The position numbers and the translations under genes were made by a program. A stretch of 64,000 nucleotides of DNA. It comes from Amoebidium appalachense. Lineage: Eukaryota > Protista > Ichthyosporea. This document shows, piece after piece, positions 62,285 through 64,000 of this stretch (the first letter of the stretch is position 1; the number at the start of each line of letters is the position of its first letter). The notes beneath the pieces are model-generated. The model was given only the letters and a program-made list of their open reading frames with translations, was not told the DNA's origin and did no database searches. Location of the stretch: the NCBI GenBank assembly GCA_963693365.1, contig CAVNZM010000010.1, positions 8,867,794 through 8,931,793 of the forward strand, written 5' to 3'.

Positions 62285-62793
62285 TGTTGTGGCCGCCGCA
62301 GATGCCTTGCCCAGCAAGCTTTATTGAATTGTTGCCACGCGAGATGCGGGCGATGGCAAAGAACCCCCAATCATACGGTCAAGACATACCCATGTACCTA
62401 CTCCAATCGTCCAACCTTGAATATGCCAAGTCCGAGCCATGTCGGACGCGCAAAACAACCGGCGAAACCTACACAGTCAAACCCGGAAAGAGATCTAACA
62501 TCAAAACCCAAAACAATGTTCCCCAAGGGGAAGACTACTACTTCCGCTTTCTCAGAATGGTTAATAGACGCATGCATACGAGTGACATCCAACTAGGCAC
62601 TCCAAGTGCAATAAGGGGTGCTGGTGATACGGCCAATTCGGAGCGATGGGGTGCAATCCACGTCCCCCGCAATGTGAGCGTCTGTAAAGGGCGGCGGGAA
62701 TGCTATATGCAGATGAAGTGGGTGACCTCCAAACTCGTCGATTGCGTTCACCAGACGTATGTGGGCTGTGCCTTGATCTCTGTCAAGCGGTGA
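62285..62793 (+). CDS. Possible hypothetical protein
   Basis: Longest open frame filling the gap, convergent with the next gene. No motif recognised and start uncertain. Confidence 0.3.
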
Positions 62794-63331
62794 TGGTAGT
62801 GGGATGTGGGGTGGTCGGAGTGTTAGCGGTGTGTTTTTTTGTCTCGTGTGTGGGTTCGTCGTGAGGGAGTCTCGCCAATTCCGCGATTGTGCGCACCTTC
62901 GGGGTATTCAAAGTACAACACTTGTCGGCGATTTGGAAGATGGCGTGATTGGCGTCTTGCATGTATGGAACCGTGATAAGACCCACCACGGAGACAACCG
63001 AGACAAGTCGGGCGAGTTGTGACACAAGCGAGGCGTCCTCCTTCCGCAATAAAAATCTCATCAGGACGTGTCGCATTGGACGCAGTAGACTGAAATCTAC
63101 CTCTGATATCAGGGCTTGGACACACTCCTTGCAGAAAGCGGCATGGCTATTCAGCATATCGACATCCGCCCCGTCGATGGCCGACGACACGACAACCAAG
63201 TCCGGGTTGTCGTCGAACGACCCATAATAAGACTTTACTTCGTCTGTGATACACTTGATGTAGCTTGTTCTGTGCTCCGCAGGAAGCGTGGCGGGCAGAC
63301 CATAGAAACTCCGGAAACCGGAGTTCGACAT
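62783..63331 (-). CDS. Hypothetical protein (~182 aa)
   Basis: From MSNSGFRSFY. TATAAAG at 63408-63414 (minus) and several CCAAT/ATTGG boxes upstream. Confidence 0.7.
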   Translation of the reverse strand: MSNSGFRSFYGLPATLPAEHRTSYIKCITDEVKSYYGSFDDNPDLVVVSSAIDGADVDMLNSHAAFCKECVQALISEVDFSLLRPMRHVLMRFLLRKEDASLVSQLARLVSVVSVVGLITVPYMQDANHAIFQIADKCCTLNTPKVRTIAELARLPHDEPTHETKKHTANTPTTPHPTTITA

Positions 63332-63619
63332 CGTGATTCGCAAAACTAGAAACGTATTCTGGTAGTCGAATGGATGAATAATGAAGCATTGGGTATGCGT
63401 CGTTCCTCTTTATACCATTTGATTCAGATGCGTATAAGCAAATGCAAATGATTGGTGTATGATGGCGTTATGTGTGCTGATGTAACCAATCGCTGCTCTC
63501 CATCCGCATGAATTCCTAGTGTGTGGTATGAGCTCACTTTATCAGGAACCAATGAAAAAAAACGACGAATTGGATTGTAGTGTTTACATCTTCAATTCGC
63601 ATCAAATTTGATAATGATT

Positions 63620-63900
63620 TGCGCCCAATCAACAACGGCGACTCAAAATTCGGGATGATTCAAAACGGCGACTCAAAATTAGGCGTGTCTCATCTTACGC
63701 CCAATCAACGGCGACTCACCTTACGCCCAATCATTCAAAACGGCGACTCACCTTACGCCCAATCATTCAAAACGGCGACTCACCTTACGCCCAATCATTC
63801 AAAACGGCGACTCAATTTTAGGCGTGTCTCATCTTACGCCCAATCAACGGCGACTCACCTTACGCCCAATCATTCAAAACGGCGACTCAAAATTCGGGAT
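63620..63900. repeat. Tandem/patchwork repeat with a 32-bp CCAAT-containing core
   Basis: cggcgactcaccttacgcccaatcattcaaaa repeated, with shorter variants interleaved. Confidence 0.9.
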
Positions 63901-64000
63901 CTTCTACGTCGTGGATGTTTGCACAAGGAACACCTACCTCACCGGGCCCCACATTGAAACCACACCTTTTCTGGGGTTCGTTTGGTTTTAAGATCGGTTG

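Larger units (their letters stand above)
50289..64000. mobile_element. Endogenous large DNA virus-like segment (continues past the window end)
   Basis: Abrupt switch to intronless, tightly packed ORFs without (CA)n or long poly-C tracts. Penton-like ORF, HNH-AP2 nuclease, membrane lectin, tandem-repeat arrays and a palindrome at the boundary. Confidence 0.8.

Overview
Eukaryotic genomic window with three compartments. The protein sequences look opisthokont-like, possibly a unicellular holozoan (inference only). (1) 1-~41 kb is host DNA whose introns and intergenic spaces are packed with long poly-C/poly-G and (CA)n/(GT)n tracts. It holds a GPI-anchored mucin-like gene, an orphan 7TM gene, an Unkempt-like CCCH + SAM gene, intronless UBE2J2/UBC6, 14-exon ALG1, a CTP synthase pseudogene fragment, a secreted propeptide-like gene, a MITE, a LINE remnant and a truncated LTR. 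(2) 41.7-47.6 kb is a complete, very young Ty1/copia retrotransposon: 766-bp LTRs, CACCC TSD, half-tRNA(iMet)-type PBS, and a frame break between integrase and RT. A second LINE remnant lies near 49.2 kb. (3) From ~50.3 kb to the window end is an intronless, gene-dense, virus-like segment. It opens with a 183-bp-arm GC-rich palindrome, followed by an HNH-AP2 endonuclease, tandem-repeat arrays, orphan ORFs, a membrane-anchored B-lectin/PAN gene and a penton (minor capsid)-like gene. Its intergenic regions carry CCAAT arrays, TATA boxes and AATAAA signals. I interpret it as the end of an endogenous, probably nucleus-transcribed, large DNA virus with a hairpin-type terminus. All calls come from reading the sequence by eye; no database searches were run.
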